Shown one piece after another: positions 18,829-29,931 of a DNA stretch of 64,000 bases. The stretch spans positions 21,965 through 85,964 of the forward strand of contig PUON01000154.1 in the NCBI GenBank assembly GCA_003552125.1, written 5' to 3'. The stretch's first letter is position 1; the number at the start of each line of letters is the position of its first letter. The notes below the pieces were generated by a model. It ran no database searches. It was not told the origin of the DNA and worked only from the letters and a program-made list of their open reading frames with translations. The position numbers were made by a program, and so were the translations under genes. The DNA is from Dehalococcoidia bacterium. GTDB lineage: Bacteria > Chloroflexota > Dehalococcoidia > GIF9 > AB-539-J10.

Positions 18829-20190
18829 TTATGTCCGCTTCGCAGGCCAGTCCGATGCCGCTGTGGCGTCGCTTTGCCACCATCGCAGGATGTCGGCGAC
18901 AAGGAACAATGAGCCAGCCACGCAGACTGAACCGGCCGCACCTGCCATCTTCCGCGCCCATCCTAACGCCTCCAGAGGATCTTCCTCACAACATAATGGA
19001 AGCCCCAAGTCACTGACCCGCTGCGCAATTTCACACGGACTGAGGGCTCGCGATTGGCTTGAACGGGTGAGTATGATTCGGCCGCCGAGCGGCAGCAGCT
19101 CTCTGATCGTCCCTCTGACATCCTTGTCACTTGAGAACCCGATCACGAACACAACGTCATTCACAATACCAAGCCTCGCCATGCTCTCAGCCAAACGACG
19201 CATAGATGCCGGATTGTGGGCACCATCCAGCACGAGCAGCGGGTGCAGTGCCAGTATCTGGAACCTTCCCGGCCAGCGTGTCTCCGCAAACCCTTGAGTC
19301 ACACATGCATGTTCCAGCTTCAGTCCTTCATCAGTAAGTGCCTCGAGTGCAGCCACCGCCGTGGCTGCGTTCTCCGCCTGAAACGATCCACACAGCGAGG
19401 TGCGGTACTCACGCTGACCACTGGCCGTCCGAACCTTGAGTAGTTGCCCGCTGAGAGAGAGTTCTTCCACTTGAAATGTCACGTCTGCCCCCACTCGCAC
19501 CAGTCGTGCGCCGCTACGGGAACACGCAGCCGCAATCACCCGCATGGCGCCAGGATCCTGCGGCGCACTCACCACCACCGCACCCGGCTTGATGATACCC
19601 GTCTTTTCTCCGGCAATTGCTTCGATGGTATTGCCAAGCACCGCCGTGTGCTCCAGACTGATCGGCGCGATGACACATACATGCGGCCTCACCACATTGG
19701 TCGCATCGAGCCGTCCTCCCAGTCCCACTTCTATCACTTGTGCCTCCACGCCTCTCGCGCGAAAGTACAAGAACGCGAGAGTAGTGACCACCTCGAAGTA
19801 CGTGAAACGCCGCCATTGGCCCTCGGACTGCATCGCTTCCAGGTGCGGCAGCGCCAGGTCCAGCATTTCGCTGAGCTCTGTCGGGGTGATGCACTCGCCA
19901 TCAACCTGGATGCGCTCTCCCAAGTGGACCAGATGCGGCGACGTGTACAGGCCGGTCTTCAGGCCGCACGCGCCCAGACCACCGGCAGTCAGTGCGGAGA
20001 TGCTGCCCTTGCCCTTGCTTCCCGCCACGTGAATAGTGACGGGTCCCAGGTGAGGATCTCCGAGCCGACGCAATAACTCACGCACGTGGCTGAGATCATA
20101 ACCGGCATCAGCGAAACCGAAACCCGGGATGGTTTCGTAGTTGGCGTACAAAGCGAGCCGACGCTCAATTGTGGAGAAGTCCTCGATCAT
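18829..20190 (-). CDS. folC: Bifunctional folylpolyglutamate synthase / dihydrofolate synthase.
   Basis: VAGSKGKGS P-loop. Mur-ligase fold. The start is trimmed to ATG 20190 to avoid overlapping the divergent MaoC gene. Confidence 0.8.
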   Translation of the reverse strand: MIEDFSTIERRLALYANYETIPGFGFADAGYDLSHVRELLRRLGDPHLGPVTIHVAGSKGKGSISALTAGGLGACGLKTGLYTSPHLVHLGERIQVDGECITPTELSEMLDLALPHLEAMQSEGQWRRFTYFEVVTTLAFLYFRARGVEAQVIEVGLGGRLDATNVVRPHVCVIAPISLEHTAVLGNTIEAIAGEKTGIIKPGAVVVSAPQDPGAMRVIAAACSRSGARLVRVGADVTFQVEELSLSGQLLKVRTASGQREYRTSLCGSFQAENAATAVAALEALTDEGLKLEHACVTQGFAETRWPGRFQILALHPLLVLDGAHNPASMRRLAESMARLGIVNDVVFVIGFSSDKDVRGTIRELLPLGGRIILTRSSQSRALSPCEIAQRVSDLGLPLCCEEDPLEALGWARKMAGAAGSVCVAGSLFLVADILRWWQSDATAASDWPAKRT

Positions 20191-20281
20191 TTCCGGCGCA
20201 CCAAAGAATTCGCGGCAGAAATCCTTGCAGGCTGGAGTAACGGCACCTACAATACCATAGCACGCGCTCTGGAGGGATACG

Positions 20282-20719
20282 GTGAACCAGCAGGTATACT
20301 TTGACGACGTTTCCGTGGGTGACGAAATCCCGTCGCTGAGGAAGCACCCCACCCGCCGTCAGCTCGTCATGTGGGCAGGGGCATCCGAGGATTACTACGA
20401 GATTCACTACGACACCGAGTTCGCGAGGAAGAACAGGCTCGACGACGTGGTCGTACATGGCCGATTGAAAGCGGCGTTCCTCGGACAACTGCTTACCACG
20501 TGGATCGGCCCTGAGGGAATGCTGAGGTCGATGAGTTGTCGCTACACGAACACAGACCCGGCAGGCGACGATATTGTTCTCCGAGCTACGGTAACAGCCA
20601 AACGCATCGAGGACCCCGATCATCTGGTTGATCTCGATATCTGGAGCGAGCGTCCGGACGGCACCAAGACGACGCAGGGAACGGCCACAGTATCCCTGCC
20701 GGAAGGGTCTGCCTGTTGA
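20282..20719 (+). CDS. MaoC-family (R)-specific hydratase/dehydratase, catalytic HadB-like hot-dog subunit.
   Basis: GASEDYYEIHYD...VVHG hydratase motif. GTG start 5 nt after GGAGGG. Confidence 0.7.
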   Translation: MNQQVYFDDVSVGDEIPSLRKHPTRRQLVMWAGASEDYYEIHYDTEFARKNRLDDVVVHGRLKAAFLGQLLTTWIGPEGMLRSMSCRYTNTDPAGDDIVLRATVTAKRIEDPDHLVDLDIWSERPDGTKTTQGTATVSLPEGSAC

Positions 20720-20764
20720 TATCGCAGCCAGGCGTCCACGCGATACGACGGAGGAGGACACGAC

Positions 20765-21250
20765 ATGAGCGAAGAGCTACTTACATTTGAAGACATGCAG
20801 CAGTTCATTGGGTCTGAATCCACGCCTCATGTGCTGCAGGTAGAGAATGAACTCGTGCGACGCTTTCTCGAGGCGGTCCAGGACAGCAACCCACTCTGGT
20901 GTGATGACGACTATGCGCGTGACACGCACTTCGGTGGCAGGATTGTCCCGCCGCACATCTTCTGCGCCATCATGACCATTGCCAGATGCAGCCCGGAGGC
21001 GGGGCGCGTTCCCGTTCCCCTTCCGGAGGTTCCTTTGCCACGCGAAAACGTGCTTGAAGGCGAAGAGAATTGGCAGTTCTTCGCGCCATTGCGACTCGGC
21101 GACACCATCACTTCGCACGTACGTCTTGCGGATGTCAAGCGCAGGGAAGGGCGCCTCGGGGAGATGTTCATTCTCACGTACGAAGCCGAGACGGTGAACC
21201 AGCACGGGAAGCTGATCGCGAAGAGCACCAACACCATCGTCAATTACTAG
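20765..21250 (+). CDS. MaoC-like N-terminal hot-dog protein (HadA-like partner subunit).
   Basis: Family-level similarity to the FAS1-like dehydratase N-domain. Adjacent to the MaoC gene. Confidence 0.6.
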   Translation: MSEELLTFEDMQQFIGSESTPHVLQVENELVRRFLEAVQDSNPLWCDDDYARDTHFGGRIVPPHIFCAIMTIARCSPEAGRVPVPLPEVPLPRENVLEGEENWQFFAPLRLGDTITSHVRLADVKRREGRLGEMFILTYEAETVNQHGKLIAKSTNTIVNY

Positions 21251-21265
21251 GGGAGGTAACAGTAC

Positions 21266-22066
21266 GTGGAATTTGGACGCAAGCTGCGCGAGGCCGTCGT
21301 CCGCAACAACAGCCTGCTGTGTGTGGGCCTTGACCCCAATCCGCAACATCTCCCCGCCAGCGTGAGCATCACGCAGTTCAATCGCGAAATCGTGGCGGCA
21401 ACCCATGATCTCGTGTGCGCCTACAAGCCTAACTTTGCCTTCTACGAGGCACGGGGGATCGAGGGCATGCGTGCCCTCGAAGAAACGGTGTCGTGCATCC
21501 CCTCAGATATACCTGTCATTGGAGATGCCAAACGCGGCGACATTGGAAATACCGCGAAGCAGTACGCGAGAGCATTGTACGATTCCTTCGGGTTCGATGC
21601 TGCCACGATAAGTCCCTATCTCGGTTTCGATTCCGTTGAGCCTTTCATTGCGTACGCGGAAAAGGGAGTATTTCTCCTGTGCCGCACTTCGAATCCAAGC
21701 GCCAAAGACTTTCAGGATCTGGTTGCAGAGGGCAAGCCGCTTTATGAGCATGTCGCCCTCAAGGCGATGGAATGGAACGCCCACGGCAATGTGGGGCTTG
21801 TTGTAGGCGCCACCTACATACACGAGCTCGCGCGTATCCGCGAGTTATGCCCGGGGATGAACCTGCTCGTGCCCGGCATTGGAACGCAGGGAGGCGACAT
21901 AGAGGCAGCCGTGCGTCGTGGCACTGACAGCACTGGAGCGGGAATCATTCTCAACGTTTCAAGGGCGGTCATCTTCGCCTCACCGAACTCCGATTTCGCC
22001 GAGGCGGCAAGGTTGAGTGCATCACAGCTGCGAGACGACATTAACCGGCATCGGGCCAGTCTATGA
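21266..22066 (+). CDS. pyrF: Orotidine-5'-phosphate decarboxylase (type 2).
   Basis: [10 protein letters not shown] motif. Long-form PyrF. GTG start after GGGGAGG. Confidence 0.85.
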   Translation: MEFGRKLREAVVRNNSLLCVGLDPNPQHLPASVSITQFNREIVAATHDLVCAYKPNFAFYEARGIEGMRALEETVSCIPSDIPVIGDAKRGDIGNTAKQYARALYDSFGFDAATISPYLGFDSVEPFIAYAEKGVFLLCRTSNPSAKDFQDLVAEGKPLYEHVALKAMEWNAHGNVGLVVGATYIHELARIRELCPGMNLLVPGIGTQGGDIEAAVRRGTDSTGAGIILNVSRAVIFASPNSDFAEAARLSASQLRDDINRHRASL

Positions 22067-22290
22067 ATGAAGATACAGATGGCCGGGATGCGGCTTCGCT
22101 GCACGTCAGTACCGGAGACACGGTAGAGCTACGCAAGTTGCATCCATGCGGCAGCAGACATTGGGAGGTCACACGTACTGGCGCCGATATTGGACTGAAG
22201 TGTTTCGGCTGCAGCCACGTCATCCTCCTGCCCCGTCACGAGTTTCGCAGAAAACTGCTTCGCGTGATCTCGCAAGAAGTCCCGAGATAA
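22063..22290 (+). CDS. DUF951-family small zinc-ribbon protein.
   Basis: [45 protein letters not shown] overlap with the pyrF stop. Confidence 0.6.
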   Translation: MNEDTDGRDAASLHVSTGDTVELRKLHPCGSRHWEVTRTGADIGLKCFGCSHVILLPRHEFRRKLLRVISQEVPR

Positions 22291-22353
22291 GCGACTGAAT
22301 CGTCGGCCTGACGTTATGTTGCGACCGCTTTCCTGTAACTCTACAATCATACG

Positions 22354-23541
22354 GTGACTCGTTTCATATTCCACGTTGATCTGGATGCGTTCTTCGTTGC
22401 GGTGGAGCAGCTTCACAATCCATCGCTGCGAGGAAAGCCAGTCATCGTTGGAGGCCAACCGGGCTCCCGCGGCGTCGTGTCGGCGGCTTCATACGAGGCA
22501 CGGGAATACGGAGTTCGCTCTGCAATGCCACTCATACAGGCGCAGCGACTCTGTCCGCAGGCGGTATTCCTCCCCGTTCACTACTCGCGCTACGCACAGG
22601 CATCGAAACAGTTCATGATGCTGCTGGAAACACTGTCGGCCCGATTGGAACCCCTCGGCCTCGACGAAGCGTTCCTCGATGTGTCTTCCGTGGTTACAGG
22701 CACCGGGGAAGCAGCTGCACTCGCCCAGGCTCTGAAGCGACGCGTCAGTGACGAGCTAGGTCTCTGCTGCTCCGTAGGAGTGGCTACCTGCAAGACTGTG
22801 GCAAAGGTCGCCTCGGATTTCGACAAACCGGATGGTCTCACTGTGGTCCCCCCGGGTGAGGAGGCCTCCTTTCTTGCTCCGCTGGAGATTCGAAAACTAC
22901 CCGGCGCAGGAAGGAAGACAGCAGAATGCCTCGGAGACCTGGGGGTGCACACCATAGGTCAACTGGCAAGTCTTCGGGAAGGCGTCGTACGGAACAAGCT
23001 CGGCAGATACGGCGATCTGCTGCTGCAGCACGCCAGAGGAATCGATACCAGCGAAGTCGAACCTCGCGGTGAACCGCGCTCAGTGAGCCGGGAGACGACG
23101 TTTCAAATCGACTCGCGAGATATCACCACGCTGTACTCAGTGTTGCGGGCTATGAGCGAGGAGGTGGCTCAAGACCTGCGAACTCATCGAAAGCGTGCGG
23201 GCACTGTCACTCTCAAGCTGCGCTACCAGGACTTCCAGACAGTTACACGCCAGACCACGCTCAAGAAGCACTCCGCCGATGCGAACGAGTTCTTTCTGGC
23301 CGCGAGAGATCTGCTGCAGAGACTCCTAAGCGTCGATGAGCGACTCGTCCGGCTCATAGGCATTCGGACCTCCCGGCTCTGCGGACCGGAGCATCAGTTG
23401 GGCATGTTCTCTTCCGATGCAGCCAGGCTGCAGAATCTGGAGAGGGTTATTACCGAGATCCATGATCGGTATGGACCGGACTCCATTCGCCCCCTGAGTG
23501 ACCGCAAAAGGAGCCGGGATTCTTCTCCTCGAAAGACTTGA
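22354..23541 (+). CDS. dinB: DNA polymerase IV.
   Basis: IFHVDLDAFFVAVEQ...PVIVGG ... Y-family polymerase motifs. Confidence 0.9.
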   Translation: MTRFIFHVDLDAFFVAVEQLHNPSLRGKPVIVGGQPGSRGVVSAASYEAREYGVRSAMPLIQAQRLCPQAVFLPVHYSRYAQASKQFMMLLETLSARLEPLGLDEAFLDVSSVVTGTGEAAALAQALKRRVSDELGLCCSVGVATCKTVAKVASDFDKPDGLTVVPPGEEASFLAPLEIRKLPGAGRKTAECLGDLGVHTIGQLASLREGVVRNKLGRYGDLLLQHARGIDTSEVEPRGEPRSVSRETTFQIDSRDITTLYSVLRAMSEEVAQDLRTHRKRAGTVTLKLRYQDFQTVTRQTTLKKHSADANEFFLAARDLLQRLLSVDERLVRLIGIRTSRLCGPEHQLGMFSSDAARLQNLERVITEIHDRYGPDSIRPLSDRKRSRDSSPRKT

Positions 23542-23567
23542 CAGGCGACACCCGGGCCCTCTATTAT
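23538..23567 (+). promoter_or_regulatory. Sigma-70-like promoter for the ilv leader.
   Basis: TTGACA (23538-23543, overlapping the dinB stop), an 18-nt spacer, and TATTAT (23562-23567). The leader ATG is at 23584. Confidence 0.5.
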
Positions 23568-23583
23568 CTACAGTTAATACGAC

Positions 23584-23682
23584 ATGGAAAGCCTTGCATT
23601 AATAGTCTCCCCCGGTCTCATCCTTATTAGCATCATCATTATTGTGCGCACCGTGCGTGCGCCCGGGAGGCTGTTCGGCTAG
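23584..23682 (+). CDS. ilvL: ilvB-operon attenuator leader peptide, 32 aa.
   Basis: MESLALIVSPGLILISIIIIVRTVRAPGRLFG has 15 of 32 residues as Ile/Leu/Val, including four consecutive Ile codons. It is followed by an antiterminator segment and a terminator. Confidence 0.75.
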   Translation: MESLALIVSPGLILISIIIIVRTVRAPGRLFG

Positions 23683-23708
23683 TCCATACCATCAGATCAA
23701 CGACAAGC

Positions 23709-23746
23709 AGAGGGGCTCTCCCGGGTGGAGAGCCCCTCTCTTTTGT
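23709..23746 (+). terminator. Attenuator terminator upstream of ilvB.
   Basis: 12-bp perfect stem AGAGGGGCUCUC/GAGAGCCCCUCU with a CCGGGUG loop, then CUUUUG. The upstream CCCGGGAG (23662-23669) is complementary to CUCCCGGG (23718-23725), giving an antiterminator. Confidence 0.8.
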
Positions 23747-23788
23747 CCGCGCGAGAACAAGGCGTTACGACGAGAAGAAAGGAGCATC

Positions 23789-25474
23789 ATGAATAGGACG
23801 GGTGCACAGATCCTCTGCGAATCCCTGGTACGCGAAGGGGTAGAAGTGATCTTCGGCATCTCCGGTGGTACCGTCATTCCCCTCTACGATGCCTTCTCGG
23901 AGTATCCGCAGATTCGGCGGGTCCTCGTGCGCCACGAGCAGGCTGCAGCCCACGCAGCTGCAGGCTATGCGCGGACGAAGCAGAAGGCAGGCGTATGTGT
24001 CGCCACTTCCGGACCGGGTGCCACTAACCTTGTGACCGGCATCGCCGATGCCTACATGGACTCCACTCCGATGGTTGTCATTACCGGACAGGTTGCCACA
24101 AGCTTCATCGGTAAAGACGCCTTTCAGGAATGCGACATCACGGGAATCACTCTGCCAATCATCAAGCACAACTATCTGGTACACGACGTGCGGGATCTGG
24201 CGCGAATCGTCAAGGAGGCGTTCCACATTGCTCAGACAGGCAGGCCGGGGCCGGTACTCATCGACATCCCCAAGAGCGTCCAGATGGCGGTGACCGAATT
24301 CGAGTATCCGGATTCAGTGGATCTGCCGGGCTACAAACCCACTGCGGAACCGGACTACTCGCATGTCACCTGTGCAGCAGAACTGCTCAACAGGGCTGAG
24401 CGGCCGGTTATTATGGCGGGCAGGGGAGTGATCGTTTCGCAGGCATACGAGGAGCTGAGACAACTCGCCGAAATGTATCAGGCTCCGGTCGTTCACACGA
24501 TGCTGGGCCTCGGTTCGTTCCCTCCGCAGCATGATCTCGATCTGGGCATGATCGGTCACCACGGCACTGTGGCTGCCAACAAAACCGTGCAGGCTGCGGA
24601 TCTTGTCCTGGCAGTGGGGACACGTTTCGGAGATCGTGCCACGATGAGAACCAGAGATTTCGCTCCTCATGCGGTAGTGGTGCACATTGACATAGACCCG
24701 GCTGAGATAGGCAAGAACGTGATTCCGTTCGCATCTGTTGTAGGAGACGCAAAGACCGTGCTGAACATGCTGATTCCGCTGGTTCAGCCGGCAGTCAGGC
24801 CAGAATGGATACAGCAGATCCGCACGTGGCGGTCGACACATCCGCTCGTACCCTGCGCCCGGACCTCCAAGCTGTCCGCCCGCACGGTGATCAGGAACGT
24901 CTGTCGCTCCGCCGACAGCCATACCGTCATAGTAACCGGGGTCGGCCAGCATCAGATGTTTACGGCCCAGGAATACATGTCTCCAAGAACGAACGGCCTG
25001 ATATCTTCTGGAGGACTTGGGACCATGGGATTCGAGCTCCCTGCCGCGATTGGAGCACAGTTGGCTTCTCCTGAAGACGCAGTGTGGGTGGTCGCCGGTG
25101 ACGGTGGCTTCCAGATGACCATGCAGGAGCTGTCAACCGTCGTACAGGAAGGTCTCTCCATCAAGATCGCCATTATCAGTAATGGATACCTGGGCATGGT
25201 GCGACAATGGCAGGATCTCTTCCAGCAACGCAACTACGTTGATGTGGCACTCCACGCGCCGGATTTTGTCAAGCTTGCCGACGCCTACGGCATCACCGCG
25301 ATGCGTGTCGAGACGGAGGAGGAGATTGGTCCTGCGCTGAGGAAAGCGAACGAACACAGTGGGCCGTTTCTGATCGACTTTGTAGTCGATGCCGAGGAAA
25401 ACGTATATCCGATGGTCGCGCCCGGAGCAAGCCTCGACTGTATTATCGAATCACCTGAGAAGGTCGCAGCTTGA
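23789..25474 (+). CDS. ilvB: Acetolactate synthase large subunit.
   Basis: ThDP-enzyme motifs. N-terminus MNRTGAQILCESLVREGVEVIFG. AAAGGAG SD. Confidence 0.9.
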   Translation: MNRTGAQILCESLVREGVEVIFGISGGTVIPLYDAFSEYPQIRRVLVRHEQAAAHAAAGYARTKQKAGVCVATSGPGATNLVTGIADAYMDSTPMVVITGQVATSFIGKDAFQECDITGITLPIIKHNYLVHDVRDLARIVKEAFHIAQTGRPGPVLIDIPKSVQMAVTEFEYPDSVDLPGYKPTAEPDYSHVTCAAELLNRAERPVIMAGRGVIVSQAYEELRQLAEMYQAPVVHTMLGLGSFPPQHDLDLGMIGHHGTVAANKTVQAADLVLAVGTRFGDRATMRTRDFAPHAVVVHIDIDPAEIGKNVIPFASVVGDAKTVLNMLIPLVQPAVRPEWIQQIRTWRSTHPLVPCARTSKLSARTVIRNVCRSADSHTVIVTGVGQHQMFTAQEYMSPRTNGLISSGGLGTMGFELPAAIGAQLASPEDAVWVVAGDGGFQMTMQELSTVVQEGLSIKIAIISNGYLGMVRQWQDLFQQRNYVDVALHAPDFVKLADAYGITAMRVETEEEIGPALRKANEHSGPFLIDFVVDAEENVYPMVAPGASLDCIIESPEKVAA

Positions 25475-25491
25475 CTGCCGGGAGGAGCACC

Positions 25492-25995
25492 ATGGAAGAG
25501 AAGCTGCACACCCTCGTCGCACTCGTTCAGGACGAACCAGGAGTCCTGACGCGCATCGCGGGACTGTTTCGCCGCAGGGGATTCAATATAGAGAGCCTCT
25601 CAGTGGGGCACTGCGAACAACACCGTCTGTCGCGCATGACCATCGTAGTTAAGGGGGATGATGCAGAAGTCGACCAGGTGACCAGGCAACTCGACAAGCT
25701 GATAAACGTCGTGAGTGTCACCGACATCACTCGTTGCGACATGGTCGCAAGGGAACTCGCCCTGATTAAGGTGACAGCCACATCTGAGGATCGCAGCGAA
25801 ATCATGCAGATGGTCGATATCTATCGCGCGAAGATAGTCGATGTTGCCCCTGACTCAGTCACCGTGGAGATTACCGGGGGGGAAGACAAGATCGACTCTC
25901 TTCTCACTTTGCTCAGGCCCTTTGGGATCACTGAAATGGCGAGAACCGGACGAACGGCGCTCATCAGGGGCGCCAAATCCAGTATCAATAATTAA
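25492..25995 (+). CDS. ilvN: Acetolactate synthase small (regulatory) subunit.
   Basis: ACT domain [30 protein letters not shown]. Confidence 0.9.
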   Translation: MEEKLHTLVALVQDEPGVLTRIAGLFRRRGFNIESLSVGHCEQHRLSRMTIVVKGDDAEVDQVTRQLDKLINVVSVTDITRCDMVARELALIKVTATSEDRSEIMQMVDIYRAKIVDVAPDSVTVEITGGEDKIDSLLTLLRPFGITEMARTGRTALIRGAKSSINN

Positions 25996-26015
25996 GCGGA
26001 TTGGAGGATTTCGAC

Positions 26016-27008
26016 ATGGCCAAGGTTTACTACGACAGCGACGCCGATCTTTCTCACTTGAAGGGAGGCGTCATAGGCATCGTTGGTTACGGCAGCCAGG
26101 GACACGCCCATGCGCAGAACCTAAGAGACAGTGGCTGCGAGGTGGTGGTGGCAAGCAGGCCCGGCGGTGCCGGCTGGAAAGCGGCCGAGGCTGATGGCTT
26201 TGCCGTCATGAGCGTCGCACAGGCGACGAAGAAGGCGGACATCCTGACGCTGTTGGCGCCCGACAATCAGCATGCCGCGATATATACTGAGTCGATCGAG
26301 CCGAACCTGACGGCGGGTAAGACGCTCATGTTCGCTCATGGCTTCAACGTTCATTTCTCCCAGGTTGTGCCTCCCCGGGATGTAGACGTCAGCATGGTGG
26401 CGCCGAAGTGTCCCGGACACATGCTTCGGGCAATATACACGGAAGACGCAGGCCCTCCGGCCATCATGGCCGTGTATCAGGACGTCTCCGGCAAGGCGAA
26501 GGAGGTGGCCCTGGCGTACGCCAGGGGTCTTGGCTGTACTCGTGCGGGCGTCATCGAGACGACGTTCGCGGAGGAGACCGAGACCGACCTGTTTGGTGAA
26601 CAGACCGTGCTCTGTGGCGGAGTGACCGCCCTGATCAAGGCAGGATTTGACACGCTTGTCGAAGCTGGTTACCAGCCGGAGATCGCCTACTTCGAATGCC
26701 TCAACGAGTTGAAGCTTATCGTTGACCTCATCTACCAGGGTGGAATGAAGTACATGCGCTACTCGGTTAGCGATGTCGCCGAGTTCGGCGACTACACCCG
26801 GGGACCACGCATCATAAATGAGTCAGTCCGCGAGGAGATGAGAAAGGTACTCAAGGAAGTCAAGGATGGCACGTTCGCTCTCGAATGGGTCGTGGAAAAC
26901 CAGGCGGGTCGGCCTCATTTCAACGCCATGAAAAGAAACGAACAACAGGAGCTCATCGAGGTAGTCGGTGAGCAATTGAGAGGAATGATGCCATGGACGA
27001 AGAAGTAG
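26016..27008 (+). CDS. ilvC: Ketol-acid reductoisomerase.
   Basis: [13 protein letters not shown]...[17 protein letters not shown]. Confidence 0.95.
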   Translation: MAKVYYDSDADLSHLKGGVIGIVGYGSQGHAHAQNLRDSGCEVVVASRPGGAGWKAAEADGFAVMSVAQATKKADILTLLAPDNQHAAIYTESIEPNLTAGKTLMFAHGFNVHFSQVVPPRDVDVSMVAPKCPGHMLRAIYTEDAGPPAIMAVYQDVSGKAKEVALAYARGLGCTRAGVIETTFAEETETDLFGEQTVLCGGVTALIKAGFDTLVEAGYQPEIAYFECLNELKLIVDLIYQGGMKYMRYSVSDVAEFGDYTRGPRIINESVREEMRKVLKEVKDGTFALEWVVENQAGRPHFNAMKRNEQQELIEVVGEQLRGMMPWTKK

Positions 27009-28636
27009 ACATTACGAGGGAGAGGTGCGGACAGGAACCGCCCCCTTCGCCCGTTCTCAGATCAGTACCCGACACCGTTATCATCTTCGATACAACCCTG
27101 CGGGATGGAGAGCAGGCTGCAGGCACGAGCCTCACCGCGAAGGAGAAGCTCACCATCGCGCGACAACTCGACACTTTGGGTGTCGATGTCATCGAAGCGG
27201 GCTTTCCGATAAGCTCGCCGGGCGATTTCGAGGCTGTGCAACTCATCGCCCGGGAAGTACGTCGGCCGGTCATCTGCGCCCTGGCGCATTGCAGACCAGC
27301 TGCAATCGACCGGGCATGGGAGGCGCTCAGAGAGGCCCCTCACCCGCGCATCCACGTCTTTCTGTCCGCCTCGGACGTACAACTCGCCCACATGCTCAAG
27401 AAGAGCCGTCAGGAGGCTCTGGAACTGGCACGTGAGATGGTGGCAAGGGCAAAGACCTACACAGACGACGTGGAGTTCTCCCCGATGGACGCCACACGTG
27501 CCGAGCCGGAGTTTCTGAACCAGTTGCTTGCAGCAGTCATTGATGCCGGAGCTGTCACCGTGAACATCGCCGATACCGTCGGCTATAGCACGGTAAACGA
27601 GTTCTCCTCGCTGATACATGGAATCACGAAGAATGTAGCGAACATCGACAGCGCCTGCATCAGCGTCCACTGTCACGATGATCTCGGCCTGGCAGTTGCG
27701 AATAGCCTGGAAGCTGTGCGAATGGGAGCCAGGCAGGTTGAGTGCACCATAAACGGCATCGGTGAGCGCGCCGGCAACGCTGCACTGGAAGAAATCGTAA
27801 TGGCGTTGCGAACACGGGCAGATACGTTCTCCGTGGCAACAAACATAGACACCACTCAACTCTACAAGACAAGCAGGTCGGTGAGCGACCTCACCGGGTT
27901 CCTTGTACAATCGAACAAGGCAATCGTGGGTGCGAACGCGTTCAGACACCAGTCCGGCATACACCAGGACGGGATGGTTAAGGAGTCCTCCACATACGAG
28001 ATCATGGACCCGCGATCCGTCGGAATCCCCGCCAGCAGTCTTGTACTCGGGAAACTGAGTGGCAAGCATGCATTTCGTGAACGACTGGCCGAGCTGGGGT
28101 TTTCTCTCAGCGATGAGGCGTTGAGTCATTCATTCCAGGCGTTCAAGGAACTGGCCGACAAGAAGCGAGAGATACGGGACCGCGACCTGATATCGCTCGT
28201 TAGCGAAGAGCTCCGGCAGGAGACCCAGGTGTACCGGCTGGATCACGTCGATGTCTCCTGCGGCGACCACAGCCTGCACTCGGCAGCCGTGCGCCTCATC
28301 GGCCCGGAAGGCCAGATCCTTGCGGATGCAGCTCTTGGCACCGGACCGGTGGATGCCGTGTACCAGGTGATCAACCGGATCATCGGCATTCCCAACACAC
28401 TCGTAGAGTTCAGCATTAACGCGAATACCGAGGGATTCGATGCCATCGGAGAGGTGCTAATTCGCATCGAGAGCGAGGGCGGACTCTATACAGGCCGTGG
28501 CGCATCCACAGATATCGTTGTGGCCAGCGCAAAAGCGTACATGAACGCACTTAACCGGCTGATTCTCTCCCGGCAGGAACATGTGGATCAATCCGGGGCC
28601 GGGAACTACAATCGCGGTATGCACGAGGCATCGTGA
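26993..28636 (+). CDS. leuA: 2-isopropylmalate synthase (a citramalate synthase cannot be excluded).
   Basis: [11 protein letters not shown]. HxH metal site. A C-terminal LeuA-type regulatory domain is present. The start is uncertain. Confidence 0.85.
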   Translation: MDEEVDITRERCGQEPPPSPVLRSVPDTVIIFDTTLRDGEQAAGTSLTAKEKLTIARQLDTLGVDVIEAGFPISSPGDFEAVQLIAREVRRPVICALAHCRPAAIDRAWEALREAPHPRIHVFLSASDVQLAHMLKKSRQEALELAREMVARAKTYTDDVEFSPMDATRAEPEFLNQLLAAVIDAGAVTVNIADTVGYSTVNEFSSLIHGITKNVANIDSACISVHCHDDLGLAVANSLEAVRMGARQVECTINGIGERAGNAALEEIVMALRTRADTFSVATNIDTTQLYKTSRSVSDLTGFLVQSNKAIVGANAFRHQSGIHQDGMVKESSTYEIMDPRSVGIPASSLVLGKLSGKHAFRERLAELGFSLSDEALSHSFQAFKELADKKREIRDRDLISLVSEELRQETQVYRLDHVDVSCGDHSLHSAAVRLIGPEGQILADAALGTGPVDAVYQVINRIIGIPNTLVEFSINANTEGFDAIGEVLIRIESEGGLYTGRGASTDIVVASAKAYMNALNRLILSRQEHVDQSGAGNYNRGMHEAS

Positions 28637-29931
28637 TGGCCACCATCACAGAGAAGATTCTGGCAGCACACTCCGGGCGGGCCTTCGTCTCGCCCGGAGA
28701 TTTCGCCAATGTGTCGGTGGATATGGTGCTCGCCAACGACATCACCGGTCCTCTCGCCATCAGGGAATTCCGCAAGCTGGGTGTGACACGTGTGTTCAAT
28801 CCGGCGCGCGTGGTAATGGTGCCTGACCACTTCATACCCAACAAGGACATCCCATCGGCGATTCAGGCACAGGACATTCGCGAATTCGCGAGGGAGCAGG
28901 GTATCGTGTATTTCGAGGCCGGGAGGTCCGGAATCGAACACGTGTTGCTACCCGAGGAAGGTCTTGTCGGACCCGGGCACGTCGTCATTGGTGCCGATTC
29001 TCACACCTGCACCTACGGCGCCCTTGGTGCCTTCGCGACCGGCATGGGATCTACTGACATCGCTGCCGCCATGGCCACCGGGGACATCTGGATGAAGGTG
29101 CCTCCCACGATCAAGCTGGTGTTCCATGGGTCGCTCCAGCCCTGGACCAGCGGCAAAGACCTCATCCTGCACGCCATCGGCGACATCGGCATCGACGGGG
29201 CTCTGTATTCAGCCATGGAGTTTCACGGTGAGGCAATCCAGTTCATGGACATGGACGGGCGGTTCACGATGGCCAACATGGCCATCGAGGCAGGGGCAAA
29301 GGCCGGCGTATTCGAAGTCGATGCCACCACCGAAGAATACCTCGCCACACATCCTCAACGCGCGGGAACCGCACCCTGCCGGAGATACTTCACCGATTCG
29401 AACGCGGACTACTCGAGAATCATCGAATACGATGCCTCAACGATCGAGCCCGTGGTTGCGTTTCCACATCTCCCGTCAAACGTCAGGCCGGCGAGCACGG
29501 CCGGTGACGTGGTAATCGATCAGGTGGTCATCGGAAGCTGCACAAACGGCCGCCTGTCGGATCTGCGCATTGCGGCGCAGATCCTGCGCGGCCGCTCCGT
29601 CCACGAGTCGCTGAGATGCATCATAATTCCGGGATCGCAAAGGGTCTACCGGCAGGCAGTGGACGAGGGACTGGTCCACGTGTTCCTCGACGCGGGTGCG
29701 GTGGTCAGCACGCCCACCTGCGGCCCCTGCCTCGGAGGGTACATGGGAATCCTCGCGCCCGGCGAGCGTTGTCTCTCGACCACTAACCGGAACTTCGTCG
29801 GCCGGATGGGAAGTCCTCAGTCCGAGGTATACCTTTCCAGCCCGGCGGTCGCTGCAGCCACCGCAATCGCTGGCAGAATCTCACCGCCCGGGAACACATA
29901 CGGAGAGTCCAGGGAGGAAATCTCATGGTAG
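28633..29931 (+). CDS. leuC: 3-isopropylmalate dehydratase large subunit.
   Basis: Aconitase-family domain. Overlaps the leuA stop. Confidence 0.9.
   Translation: MMATITEKILAAHSGRAFVSPGDFANVSVDMVLANDITGPLAIREFRKLGVTRVFNPARVVMVPDHFIPNKDIPSAIQAQDIREFAREQGIVYFEAGRSGIEHVLLPEEGLVGPGHVVIGADSHTCTYGALGAFATGMGSTDIAAAMATGDIWMKVPPTIKLVFHGSLQPWTSGKDLILHAIGDIGIDGALYSAMEFHGEAIQFMDMDGRFTMANMAIEAGAKAGVFEVDATTEEYLATHPQRAGTAPCRRYFTDSNADYSRIIEYDASTIEPVVAFPHLPSNVRPASTAGDVVIDQVVIGSCTNGRLSDLRIAAQILRGRSVHESLRCIIIPGSQRVYRQAVDEGLVHVFLDAGAVVSTPTCGPCLGGYMGILAPGERCLSTTNRNFVGRMGSPQSEVYLSSPAVAAATAIAGRISPPGNTYGESREEISW

Noticed and set aside
27062-28129. 355-aa minus-strand ORF antisense to leuA
   Set aside because: Typical high-GC antisense open frame (Arg/Leu/Ala-rich, no motifs). 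leuA on the plus strand is unambiguous.
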